From contig JAGDXS010000005.1 in assembly GCA_023261755.1 (NCBI GenBank), positions 1 through 62,714 on the forward strand: a DNA stretch of 62,714 nucleotides. The letters are read 5' to 3'. The notes under the pieces were generated by a model. That model saw only the letters and a program-made list of their open reading frames with translations. It ran no database searches and was not told where the DNA came from. Below, one piece after another: positions 10,208 through 20,520 of the stretch (the stretch's first letter is position 1; every line of letters begins with the position of its first letter). The translations under genes were made by a program, and so were the position numbers. This DNA is from Thermoplasmata archaeon (GTDB lineage: Archaea; Thermoplasmatota; Thermoplasmata; Thermoplasmatales; ARK-15).

Positions 10208-10901
10208 GAGAGCGATGTTCGAAGACGAGCATAAATATTTAATTATTTCAGATTTGCATTTGGGAATAGAAAAATCCCTTGAAGGAAAAGGATTTAGAAT
10301 TCCAGATCAGTATGGTTTTTTATTGGACAGTATATTGAAACTTAAAAATATAACAGATGCCGAGGGAATTATAATATTGGGGGATGTAAAGCATGACATT
10401 GGCTTACCATTTGAAATTAAAAAATTCCAGAATTTTTTTAAAACTCTTTCAAATGAATTAAAAATAATTATTGTAAAGGGAAACCATGATGGAGGCATAG
10501 AAAATTTAATTGATGCTGAAATACATTCACCTAGAGGAATTCTGAAATGGGGAATATATTTTTCACACGGTCATACTTGGCCTTCACAATCCTTGAACAG
10601 GGCTGAATATTTATTAATGGGCCATATTCATCCTGAAATCAGAATTTTGGACGAAAAAACAAAAAAAATGTACAACAGTTGCTGGCTTAAAACTCATCCA
10701 GGTAAAAATTTTAAAAAACATTACCCTGATTTTAGTGGAGAAATCATAATTTTTCCAGCTTTTAATCCATTGGTTGGGATGGCGATAATGGATGTTATTC
10801 CAGGTCCTTTGTTCAATAACGGGTTAATTAACATAAAAAATTTAGATGTTTATCTATTAGATTCCACTTATCTGGGTAAATTTGGTAAAATAAAAAAATA
10901 A
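10185..10901 (+). CDS. Calcineurin-like metallophosphoesterase
   Basis: SDLHLG, LGDVKH, KGNHD, SHGH, MGHIHP, PAFNPL motifs. Confidence 0.88.
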   Translation: MLLHITNERAMFEDEHKYLIISDLHLGIEKSLEGKGFRIPDQYGFLLDSILKLKNITDAEGIIILGDVKHDIGLPFEIKKFQNFFKTLSNELKIIIVKGNHDGGIENLIDAEIHSPRGILKWGIYFSHGHTWPSQSLNRAEYLLMGHIHPEIRILDEKTKKMYNSCWLKTHPGKNFKKHYPDFSGEIIIFPAFNPLVGMAIMDVIPGPLFNNGLINIKNLDVYLLDSTYLGKFGKIKK

Positions 10902-10956
10902 AAGTTAAATATGCAGATTATGTTAAGTTTATTTAGAAAAAAGGGAGGTATAAAAT

Positions 10957-13900
10957 TTGTCACCGCCAGGTATTAGCCCTTATAAATTAACGAAAGACTT
11001 GGAAGAGAAGGTAAAGGAAGCGAAACAAAAAAAAGAGGAATTTGATTTAATATATCCAAAATATAAATTTTTACAATCAATATTATTAAAAAATGGTATT
11101 GATAAATTCAATGATGTATTCAAAAAAATTGATGATCTATACAATGATAAAAAATTTGTGGATGCTTATGATCTCCTATTAAATTATAAAGAAAACATAG
11201 ACAATGAAATTATTAACTTAATTGAAAGTTACAAGAACGATTTTAAAGCAAATTTGGAAAAATTGCAAAACCTAGGTTTTAATGTTTCCAAATTCAAAGA
11301 GGATATTGAAAAATCACCAATTGATAAGGAAGAATTTTTCAAATTTTATGATAAATTAAATGAAAACCTTAAAATTTTCATTAAGAATCAATTAAAAGAA
11401 GAAATTTCTAAATTAAATTCCGAAAATAAAATTAAATTAGAAATGGCATATGGTAAGCAGATTGAAAATTTAGAGAAATTAAGCAAAGAAGAATTTTTTT
11501 CCGTAATTGAGGAAATTAAAAAAATAATTACTGAATATTACATGCAAAAAATTAACGTTGAAATGGAAAGAATGGATAGGCTCAGATCTTTATATGAAAA
11601 AATGAAATTGAATCTTTCAAAATTTAAGGAGCTTGATGAATTTGCCTTAAATGCAATTAAAACAGAAAATTATGATCTTGCAATCAAAAAAATAAAAGAA
11701 TTTAATGATGAAACTGAAATTTCAGTCAGAAGAATACTCAGGGAAATTATTAATAATTTAATGAAGAATATTGAGGAAGCAAAAAATCTTAATATTAATA
11801 TAAAAGATTACTTGAACGATTTGAAAAAAATAGAGGAAACTTTTGATAAAAATGATTTTTCATCCACAATAGATTTGGTAAAGGGATTAAATTTAACTAT
11901 TGAAGAAATAAAGATAAAAATATTGAGCGAGAAATTAGAAGAGGTGAGGAGGCATATACAAGAACTCAGGAATCAGGGCATGAATGTGGAAAAATTTTTA
12001 AAATCATTTGATATTGCTAAAAATCTCATTAATTCCAAAAAATTTAATGATGCTATGAAAGTCTTGGACCTCCTTTTAAAGCAAGCATCATCAATATTAA
12101 ATCTTAAGGAAGAGGTTCTAAGAGATATTGATAATTTTGAAAAAAATTTTGTAGATTTTCCTGAATTAGGTATTATCATAGATAAAAATTATTTGGATGA
12201 ACTGAAAAGACTTGCAAATGAAAATCCATCCAAAGCAAAAAGTGAATTTGAAAAATATGAATCTGTAATCGCTAAAAAAATGGAAAATAACAAAACTAAG
12301 TATATTGATCAAATGAAAGATATTGTTAATACATTAAAAAGGATGAGTGCAGATACCTCAGACCTTGATAATATTTTGAAAGGGAATATAAATGGCACAA
12401 ATTTTTTAAATATTATAAAATCTTTTAAAAATCAGCTTCTAGATCATTTTTCAAACATGAATTATTTAAAAAGCATTTTAAGAGATTTAGACAATGAAAG
12501 AATAAACAGAGATCTAAAGCCATTAATTGAAAACATAAAGGAATCAATAGAAAAATACGACTTTTTCGCAGTGTCGTCCGGAATTAAAAGGTTAAGGGAA
12601 AGTTCAATGGATTTAAAAAATGCTTTCATCAATGAAAAATTTAATAACTTGAAAAAATCCATATTAAATTTGAATGCAATAGGACTCGATTTAAAACCCA
12701 TATTAAATGATTTGGATATGCTTGAGAGTGAAAAAATATTATCAGATGATAAAAAAATTGAATTAATTAATTTACTTGAAAATGAAATTTATAACGATGC
12801 ACAAAATTTCATAAAGCCAAGGCTTGAATTTGGAGATTCTGTAATAAAGAATATTAAAATAAGAAATTTAAGAATTGATACTGAAATAATTTCAAAGAGA
12901 TTAGGTGATTTGAAAAATTATAAGAAATTAAACGATCTTCCAGATGCGTTTAAGATTTCAATGGATATTGAAAATATGGCAAAAAATAAGCAATTTAATG
13001 CCATGAATTATTTAGCAAGCACATCATTTATAAATAATAAACTTTCAAAGTACATAGAAAATATTTCAGAATATTTGGATGAGTATAAGGAAAATCCAGA
13101 AGATTTTGAACAATTTAAAAAAATAATGGGTACTGTGGATCAATACTATGGTCTTCAAAGTTTTAAGTATTTAAGATCCTTAATTAGGGAAGTTAGTGAA
13201 ATAATTGAAATATCAGGTTTGTACCAAGATAAAGGCAAATTGCTTGATTTAAAAAATATAGATTTAATGTCATTGGAACCATTGTACATAGAATTGGAAA
13301 AAATAAGAAATGATTTTAGGGATAAGGTTTACCAAAAGTTGCAGGAGTTGGTCATAAACATTTCAAATATTTCTATAAGTGAATTAAAAAATCAAATTGA
13401 TAATGCGATTAATGAGTTTTTAAATTATAATTATTTAGAAGCCTGGAAAAAATCGAATGAATTAGAAAATGAACTAAAAGCTATAAATAAAAAATACCAG
13501 GAAGTAACATCACAATTAAAATCTTTAGAAGAGAGGGTAAGATTCTTCACAAATATTGGTTTTGAATTAGAAGAAACGAAGGAAATTTTTGAAAAATTGA
13601 ATTCATTAATTCTGAAAGGTAATTTAGAAGAGTTTATGAATATTTACAAAGAAAGCTATATCACCATAAAAGATGAAATTTATTTAAAAGTGGATGAATT
13701 TTTAAGCAATGCTGAGAAACTAATAATCCAGAAAAAAAATAAAATTAATACATTAATTGCTGAAAGCAACATCACGAACGCTAGAAGGTCATTAAAATTA
13801 GATAATGCCATAGAAGCTATAAGATTAGGCATGCTTGCGTTGGAAGGCATACAGGAATATGATATCCTTAAGGGCATAACTGAAAAACTCATAAGAAGAA

Positions 13901-15663
13901 TGAAACTGTCACAAGAAAAATTTGGTACAAATGCACCAAAGGAGTTTACAACAGGTTTTGAAAAAGTGCAAATATTGATACACCAGGGGAATTATACAAA
14001 CGCAATATTCGAAATGCACAACCTTCTTTCAAAATTTGAGGAACTTTCTGAAAGCATTTCCATAATAAAAAAGAAGATAGAAGAAATTAAAGAAAAAATT
14101 TCTGTGGGTGTTGTATTTGGTGTAAAAACACAAAATGTTTTAGATCTTTATCAAAAGGCAAGATTATCTTTTCAATCTCTTGATGTAGACAAATCAATAA
14201 ATTTATTGAATGAAGCTCTTAAAGTAATCAATATTGAAATAGAAAAAATATTAAGTTATTATATGAATACAATAAATTATTTATTCACAATCTCACAAGA
14301 ACTTAAATTAGAATTAAAAACTGAAATGAAAAATATAAATGATCTAATTCTAGAAATAATTAAATATAGTTTCAATAAAAATAGTAATAAGAATACAATA
14401 ACAAATGTTGCAAATGAATTAAAGAAAAGATTGGATGAATTTGAAAATTTGGTAGTTCCAAAAATAAATGAGACTTTCCAGGCAAAATTAATTAATTTAG
14501 AATTAGCAATAAAAAATACAGGTATGGAAAATACAAGCGATCTAAAGCTTTTAAATGAGAATTGGTCCAAAAAGCTTTATTCAATGATTATAGACATGTT
14601 ACCAATGGTTGATTATAAAATTACAAAATATTATATAATCCACATGATGGATTATTCAAAAAATACATTTTTAGAAATTACAGATATGGTTGTTTTTACA
14701 GGAAAGATAGAAAATTCAGTGAATGAATCTTTTAAACTAACTGAAAATGCTGGAAATATTGAATTTGAAAATTATATTCAAATAAATGATAAATTTATTA
14801 ATGATCTTAGAAATTCTATAAACAGAAATTTTGATGAAAAAATAACACTTTTAAAAAATTTTTTAAAAGAAAATGAAATAGCCATGTTGAAGGATTTGTT
14901 ATTCAAAAAGGATTATAGAACTTTAGAAGTTTCTTTAATAAATATTAACATAATGAATTACTGGTCAAAAAATGTGGAGAAATTTATTAAAGAAAAAATT
15001 AATTATATAGAAGAAAAAATTGAAAAACTTCAGAATCTTGGCATAAATTTAAGTGATGAAAAATCAAGGTTGGAAGGAATAAAAGGTAAAAGCTATGCCG
15101 AATCAATAATGATATTAGATCAAGTTAACCAGATGATTTCTGCAAAGGAATCCTCAATACCTATTTCATTTAAAATAAAATTAAATGCAAAAATAGGAAA
15201 AGATGAAATTCCAGCGAAAGTTACCATAAACTATGATGGAAAAATTGCATTAAAGAATGTAAAACTAAAAATATTAGGATCATTAAATGAAACCACATTT
15301 AATTTTGATTTAATTAATCCAATGCAATCTCTTGAAAGGGATTTTATTTCTAAAATTGGTAAAGGAAATACTCTAGACTTTGAAATTTCCTATATCCTGG
15401 ATAATGAGAATAGGGTCTCCAAAAAATCTGTATTATTTTTGCCAGTAATAGAAAGGGGATTCATCAAGAAAAAAGCTACGGGTGATGAAAAGTGCATGCT
15501 ATGCAAGGGAAAAATATTCAAAGATCTTGACATGGTAATATGCAATAAATGCGGATCTACTTACCATTACCAGTGTGCCCAGAGAGTTAAAAAATGCATA
15601 AATTGCGGAAATGCATTCGATTTTTCTGAATACAAAGATGTGGAGGTTTCATTAACACTATGA
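10957..15663 (+). CDS. Giant helical-repeat protein with a C-terminal beta domain and a RING-like Zn finger
   Basis: 1568 aa, GGAGG RBS before the TTG; recurring helix-G-hydrophobic-helix units; C-terminal CMLC-x12-CNKC-x4-H-x2-C-x6-CINC. Confidence 0.8.
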   Translation: MSPPGISPYKLTKDLEEKVKEAKQKKEEFDLIYPKYKFLQSILLKNGIDKFNDVFKKIDDLYNDKKFVDAYDLLLNYKENIDNEIINLIESYKNDFKANLEKLQNLGFNVSKFKEDIEKSPIDKEEFFKFYDKLNENLKIFIKNQLKEEISKLNSENKIKLEMAYGKQIENLEKLSKEEFFSVIEEIKKIITEYYMQKINVEMERMDRLRSLYEKMKLNLSKFKELDEFALNAIKTENYDLAIKKIKEFNDETEISVRRILREIINNLMKNIEEAKNLNINIKDYLNDLKKIEETFDKNDFSSTIDLVKGLNLTIEEIKIKILSEKLEEVRRHIQELRNQGMNVEKFLKSFDIAKNLINSKKFNDAMKVLDLLLKQASSILNLKEEVLRDIDNFEKNFVDFPELGIIIDKNYLDELKRLANENPSKAKSEFEKYESVIAKKMENNKTKYIDQMKDIVNTLKRMSADTSDLDNILKGNINGTNFLNIIKSFKNQLLDHFSNMNYLKSILRDLDNERINRDLKPLIENIKESIEKYDFFAVSSGIKRLRESSMDLKNAFINEKFNNLKKSILNLNAIGLDLKPILNDLDMLESEKILSDDKKIELINLLENEIYNDAQNFIKPRLEFGDSVIKNIKIRNLRIDTEIISKRLGDLKNYKKLNDLPDAFKISMDIENMAKNKQFNAMNYLASTSFINNKLSKYIENISEYLDEYKENPEDFEQFKKIMGTVDQYYGLQSFKYLRSLIREVSEIIEISGLYQDKGKLLDLKNIDLMSLEPLYIELEKIRNDFRDKVYQKLQELVINISNISISELKNQIDNAINEFLNYNYLEAWKKSNELENELKAINKKYQEVTSQLKSLEERVRFFTNIGFELEETKEIFEKLNSLILKGNLEEFMNIYKESYITIKDEIYLKVDEFLSNAEKLIIQKKNKINTLIAESNITNARRSLKLDNAIEAIRLGMLALEGIQEYDILKGITEKLIRRMKLSQEKFGTNAPKEFTTGFEKVQILIHQGNYTNAIFEMHNLLSKFEELSESISIIKKKIEEIKEKISVGVVFGVKTQNVLDLYQKARLSFQSLDVDKSINLLNEALKVINIEIEKILSYYMNTINYLFTISQELKLELKTEMKNINDLILEIIKYSFNKNSNKNTITNVANELKKRLDEFENLVVPKINETFQAKLINLELAIKNTGMENTSDLKLLNENWSKKLYSMIIDMLPMVDYKITKYYIIHMMDYSKNTFLEITDMVVFTGKIENSVNESFKLTENAGNIEFENYIQINDKFINDLRNSINRNFDEKITLLKNFLKENEIAMLKDLLFKKDYRTLEVSLININIMNYWSKNVEKFIKEKINYIEEKIEKLQNLGINLSDEKSRLEGIKGKSYAESIMILDQVNQMISAKESSIPISFKIKLNAKIGKDEIPAKVTINYDGKIALKNVKLKILGSLNETTFNFDLINPMQSLERDFISKIGKGNTLDFEISYILDNENRVSKKSVLFLPVIERGFIKKKATGDEKCMLCKGKIFKDLDMVICNKCGSTYHYQCAQRVKKCINCGNAFDFSEYKDVEVSLTL

Positions 15664-17180
15664 TAGACTTTAAAAAAAGGTCCGGTCTATCTAGACTGGC
15701 CAAGTATGAAAATTTTACTTTACCTAGCATAATTTTCCATAATAAAATAAATAATGAAAATATTATTGAAAAAAATTGGAATAAAGTTAAAATTCTAAAT
15801 AAGGAAATAGAATTGCCTTCATTAAAAGAATTGCAGGAAATAGAAATTGAAGATAAAATTTTGTTAAGGGATGATATTGTAATTATTCCTGGTCTCATAA
15901 CCCTTGAAAAAAGACCTAAAGAATTAATAAGAAAAATATTCAAAGCTAGGAAAGATTTTGGTTACAGGAGAATTTTTTATGCTCCTTTTATTGCTAAATA
16001 TTTAAATCTTCCAATCTTACATTATTTGGGGATAGATCTTCTTGATGATCTGAGATGTAGTTCAAATGAATGCTCCATAGAATTATTTAACATGGAAAAA
16101 ATGGTTTTAAAAGCCATAGAAAAGAATTATTTTAGAGTGTTTGTTGAATCTATACCTGATCCATTATCTAAAACATTGCTGAGGATCTCAGACATGGATT
16201 ATTTTTCAACAATGGAAATTTTTTATCCTGTTACAGGATCATTTTTAAATGCATCACATTTTGAAAGCCTTTTCAGGCCTGATATACAGAGATGGATAAA
16301 GAGAATTACGGAAAATTATGAAAAACCTTATCACGAAATATACGCATTTTTGATTCCTTGTTCAGCTACTAAACCATATTCTAAATCAAGGTCTCATAGA
16401 TTTTTTAAATCAATTATAGAGCAATCAGGTAAACATGTGCATGAAATAATAGTAACATCACCCCTAGGAATCGTTCCTAGAGAATTGGAATTCACATATC
16501 CTGCAAAGAATTATGACATACCTGTAACAGGATATTGGTACGAGGATGAGAAAAAAATGCTTATAGAAACGATGGAAAAATTTTTCTCAAAAAATAAATA
16601 CAGAAAAATTTTAGCATATCTACCAGATGATTTAGCATTTCTTGAGCCTTACCTTAAAAAATTGAATGCAGATTATGTAATAGGTAACCTTAGGGATGAA
16701 ATTAATGTTAAAAGAATACTTGATTTATTAGGATCATTAGAAAATATCTCAATAAACAAAAATATTTTTTTGGCCGATGCCTTAAATAGCATAGCCTCTT
16801 TCCAATTCAATGAAAAATTTCCTTTAGAGAATAAAAAGATAAGAAGGAAATTTGATGAAATTTTTGTTTATGATGATAAGGAAACATATCTCTATTTTTC
16901 ACCTCTAAATGGTAATTTATTACTTTATAAAAAGTCCGCAGAGTATTTAATGCAAAAAAATAAAAAAATAATAGAGATTGATAATTTCATACCTAAGGGT
17001 AGTATATTCGCTGCTGGAATAATAAACGCTTCGGATGATATTAGAGAGGGTGATGAAGTAATTGTCCATAACAATGGAAGATTAATAGCCACAGGAACAG
17101 CACTAATGTCATATAAGGATATGCTTGAACAGGGAAGGGGTGAGGCAGTAAAAGTAAGGCATACGTTCACCTCTTCATGA
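15660..17180 (+). CDS. arcS: Archaeosine synthase subunit alpha (TgtA2) with PUA domain
   Basis: PCSATKPYSKSRSH, TSPLGIVPRELE, YPAKNYDIPVTG and a C-terminal PUA domain. Confidence 0.88.
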   Translation: MIDFKKRSGLSRLAKYENFTLPSIIFHNKINNENIIEKNWNKVKILNKEIELPSLKELQEIEIEDKILLRDDIVIIPGLITLEKRPKELIRKIFKARKDFGYRRIFYAPFIAKYLNLPILHYLGIDLLDDLRCSSNECSIELFNMEKMVLKAIEKNYFRVFVESIPDPLSKTLLRISDMDYFSTMEIFYPVTGSFLNASHFESLFRPDIQRWIKRITENYEKPYHEIYAFLIPCSATKPYSKSRSHRFFKSIIEQSGKHVHEIIVTSPLGIVPRELEFTYPAKNYDIPVTGYWYEDEKKMLIETMEKFFSKNKYRKILAYLPDDLAFLEPYLKKLNADYVIGNLRDEINVKRILDLLGSLENISINKNIFLADALNSIASFQFNEKFPLENKKIRRKFDEIFVYDDKETYLYFSPLNGNLLLYKKSAEYLMQKNKKIIEIDNFIPKGSIFAAGIINASDDIREGDEVIVHNNGRLIATGTALMSYKDMLEQGRGEAVKVRHTFTSS

Positions 17181-18417
17181 ATATTTGCACATCCATCACA
17201 TTTGTACCAGTAGGTCCTGTAAAAATTAAAGTTCCTTTTTTCTTGAAAAAATTGTATGAATCATTGTTTTCTAAATAATTCTTTATTTCATCCATTGTAG
17301 ATTTTGTAGAAAAATCTGCAGCTGCTCCTGCTGCATCTGTTGGTCCATCTATTCCATCCGTACCAAATGATGCTATTACCTCATTTTCTTTAATTTCACC
17401 CAATAATGAGAGAACAAATTCCTGGTTCCTTCCTCCCTTTCCTTTACCTTTTACAGTTACAACAGTTTCTCCACCAGAAACAAGGACTGAATTATTTTCC
17501 AGGTCCTCAAATTTCCTGTAAATTTCTTTTGATACTATTTTTGCTTCACCTGACACTGTAGTGCCTATATTCAGGACGTTGAAACCCAATTCATTTCCCT
17601 TTTTTTCCACGGCCTTTAGAGATTTTTCATTGTTGCAAATAATTTTATTCCAAACCCTCCAGCTTGGAAACTCATTTTTCTTTATTGTTTCTAATAAAGA
17701 ATATTTAGCAGGATTATTCAAAATTTCTATTATCTTTTCATATTTTTTATCAAGTTTAAATTTTTTAATAACTTCAATTGCATCTATAAAGCTACTATTA
17801 TCATAGTATGTTGGTCCCGAACCTATTATGGATAGATCATCGCGCATTACATCAGATATTATTAGTGAAAGTATTTTTGATTTTGTTATTTTTGCCATTC
17901 TCCCACCCTTTAAAAATGATAGATGTTTTCTTACAGTGTTAAGGTCAAAAATATCTGCACCATTTTTCATTAAATCAGAAAAGAGCGAATTTAAAATATC
18001 TATGGGAATAACATAATCAGCGAGGAGGGATGACGCTCCACCCGAAAGAAGGAATAAAATAAGATCATTTTCTTTTGTATTTTTCAATAAATTCTCTATT
18101 TCTTTTGCTCCAAAATAACCATTTTCATTGGAAAATGGATGTGATGAAATAATTACATCATTCAGGCCATAGCTTTCATTGGAAATTATAATTCTCTTTT
18201 TAAACTTGTAATTTAAAAATGGTTTAGACATTGATGGAGCGGCCTTGCCAACAGCTATTAAATATATGTTTTCAAAATCAATTAAAAGATCCTTGTAATT
18301 TAAATATTTATTACTTAAACGGACTTCATTGAGATATTGCTCAGGTAATGCTGCTTGAATAGCGCTTTCTATTAAAGGTATTATGCTTTTATTCTCTTGC
18401 AATATGTTTATATTCAT
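17167..18417 (-). CDS. Glycerate 2-kinase (MOFRL family)
   Basis: GKAA, LSGGASSL, RKHLSFLKGG, GGETVV, GGRNQE, GTDGIDG, TGTNVMD. Confidence 0.9.
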   Translation of the reverse strand: MNINILQENKSIIPLIESAIQAALPEQYLNEVRLSNKYLNYKDLLIDFENIYLIAVGKAAPSMSKPFLNYKFKKRIIISNESYGLNDVIISSHPFSNENGYFGAKEIENLLKNTKENDLILFLLSGGASSLLADYVIPIDILNSLFSDLMKNGADIFDLNTVRKHLSFLKGGRMAKITKSKILSLIISDVMRDDLSIIGSGPTYYDNSSFIDAIEVIKKFKLDKKYEKIIEILNNPAKYSLLETIKKNEFPSWRVWNKIICNNEKSLKAVEKKGNELGFNVLNIGTTVSGEAKIVSKEIYRKFEDLENNSVLVSGGETVVTVKGKGKGGRNQEFVLSLLGEIKENEVIASFGTDGIDGPTDAAGAAADFSTKSTMDEIKNYLENNDSYNFFKKKGTLIFTGPTGTNVMDVQIFMKR

Positions 18418-18474
18418 TAATAATGTAATCCATTTTAAAATGAAAAAGTTTATGATCAGTTTTTCAATTACATA

Positions 18475-20520
18475 TTGATGATTTCTAACCTCTTGCTTAC
18501 TACCATAGAAAGACCAAATTTGTTTGAAATTCCAAGGTGGGAATTAGATATCCATTATACAATTACAATTATTGTTGTAGCGCTTTACATTTACTGGGCT
18601 TACAGAACTTATAAAAAGCTTGGCCTTACTTGGCCCAAATTAAGGGATTTAGTTAAAAATAACTGGAGCTGGAAGAATCTATTTCTATACGGTATATTTC
18701 AAAGAAAGCACGTAAGGGATAAATATGCTGGCCTAATGCACATTTTAATATCATGGGGCATTATTTTTCTTACAATATCCACGGCTCTTGTAGCACTGGA
18801 CAACGATATTTTATCACCCCATGGAATTAGAATCCTTGTAGGACCATTCTACCTTGCATTTGAAGTATGGTCAGATACGGGCGGAATAATGCTTTTATCA
18901 GGCTTGACCATGGCACTGTGGAGAAGGTTGAGGAAAAAGGTTTTACTTGAAACTGTCTGGGATGATTATATTGTTATAGGATCATTATATTTAATAGCCT
19001 TTGAAGGCTTCTTCCTTGAAGGTTTGAATATTTTTCTTGAAAATTATTATCTTAATTATCAGTTTGTAAATCAATACAGGTATTTGGGTTCAATATTTTC
19101 ATTGTTCTGGAAATTTTTGTTCAATGGGAATCCTGCAGCTGGAATAACTGTATATCAAGTTTTATGGGCAATTCATTTTTCAACAGTCTTTATAGTTCTA
19201 GGTTATGCGTTAATTTCTAAACTATCGCATGTTATTTTATCTCCTATATACATTACATTAAAACCTAAAAAAGTAAGGGGTGAAATGTCCACTCCTTTTA
19301 AACTTGAAGATCTTCTTCAGAGCGGAACATTTGATATAAAATTAGGTATGAAAACACCAAAGGATTTGGTACCCATACAGAGATTGGAAAATTTGGCTTG
19401 CACTAACTGCGGAAGATGTGAAAGAGCATGTCCAGCTGTGGCAGCTGGAAGAGATCTAAGCCCAAGAGTATTGATGCAAACATTGAAGAAAAATGTAGAT
19501 CAGGATGTTGAGCTAGTGCCAATGAAATTCAGCGAAGATTTTATTTGGTCTTGTACAACTTGCCAGGCCTGCGTGGAAGAATGCCCAGTTTTGATCGATC
19601 CTCAAAGTTATGTTCTTGAAATGAGAAGAAACCTAGTTTTTGAGAGTAAATTGGACAAGCAAAAAGTTCAATTTTTGAACAATTTAACTTATACAAGAAA
19701 TCCCTTGGGTAATTCTCCAAGTGAAAGAAATGTTTGGGTCGAAAAATCTAAAAAGTATGAAAATGAAGAATATCTTCTCTGGATAGGATGCATGGCAAGC
19801 TTTGATCCTAGAACAAAAAATGTAGCTGAAAGTGTTATCAAAATTTTAAAGGAGGCTAATGTAAGTTTTGGCGTCTTGGGAGAAGAGGAAGCTTGTTGCG
19901 GTGAATCTGCGAGAAGGCTTGGAGAAGAGAGCAGATTCCAGGAACTTGTAATGCAAAACGTACAAACATTTAAAAATTACAATGTTAAGAAAATTATCAC
20001 ATTCTGCCCCCATGGATACAATACATTCAAGAATGAATATTCAAAATTCATTCAGGGTCTTGAAGTTTACCACCATTCAGAATTCATTGAAAAATTATTA
20101 AAAGAAAATAAAATAAAAATAGAAAAGGGAAATGAAACTTATACATTCCATGATCCCTGTTACCTCGGAAGGATAAATGGTAAGTATGACCCTCCAAGAT
20201 TCGTTCTTACAAAAGCTGCTAACTTAAATGAAATGGAAAGAAGCAAGGATAAAAGCTTTTGTTGTGGAGGTGGTGGAGCAAATTATTGGTACAAAGTGAA
20301 TGAAAAGGAACCGATATCTCAGATAAGAATAAAGGAAGCGTCTGGAAAGAGTAAGAATGTGGCAGTGGCCTGTCCATTTTGTCTTGGTATGCTTGAAGAT
20401 GCAGCAAGAACGTTAAACATGGAAGACGTTAAGGTCAAGGATATTTCAGAAATTATAGCAGAGAAAATTCAAGGTCGGTCTGGTAAAGAATCTGAATCTA
20501 TGAGCTCCAAACCTGCTTGA
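18475..20520 (+). CDS. Membrane-bound Fe-S oxidoreductase (HdrD/FadF-like: TM domain, two 4Fe-4S motifs, two CCG domains)
   Basis: CTNCGRCERACP, CTTCQACVEECP, ACCG, HDPCYLGR, FCCGGGG. Confidence 0.88.
   Translation: MMISNLLLTTIERPNLFEIPRWELDIHYTITIIVVALYIYWAYRTYKKLGLTWPKLRDLVKNNWSWKNLFLYGIFQRKHVRDKYAGLMHILISWGIIFLTISTALVALDNDILSPHGIRILVGPFYLAFEVWSDTGGIMLLSGLTMALWRRLRKKVLLETVWDDYIVIGSLYLIAFEGFFLEGLNIFLENYYLNYQFVNQYRYLGSIFSLFWKFLFNGNPAAGITVYQVLWAIHFSTVFIVLGYALISKLSHVILSPIYITLKPKKVRGEMSTPFKLEDLLQSGTFDIKLGMKTPKDLVPIQRLENLACTNCGRCERACPAVAAGRDLSPRVLMQTLKKNVDQDVELVPMKFSEDFIWSCTTCQACVEECPVLIDPQSYVLEMRRNLVFESKLDKQKVQFLNNLTYTRNPLGNSPSERNVWVEKSKKYENEEYLLWIGCMASFDPRTKNVAESVIKILKEANVSFGVLGEEEACCGESARRLGEESRFQELVMQNVQTFKNYNVKKIITFCPHGYNTFKNEYSKFIQGLEVYHHSEFIEKLLKENKIKIEKGNETYTFHDPCYLGRINGKYDPPRFVLTKAANLNEMERSKDKSFCCGGGGANYWYKVNEKEPISQIRIKEASGKSKNVAVACPFCLGMLEDAARTLNMEDVKVKDISEIIAEKIQGRSGKESESMSSKPA

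Noticed and set aside
10957-15663. SMC/Rad50 next to a metallophosphoesterase (Mre11-Rad50-like pair)
   Set aside because: No Walker A/B, ABC signature or central hinge/Zn hook in the giant protein.
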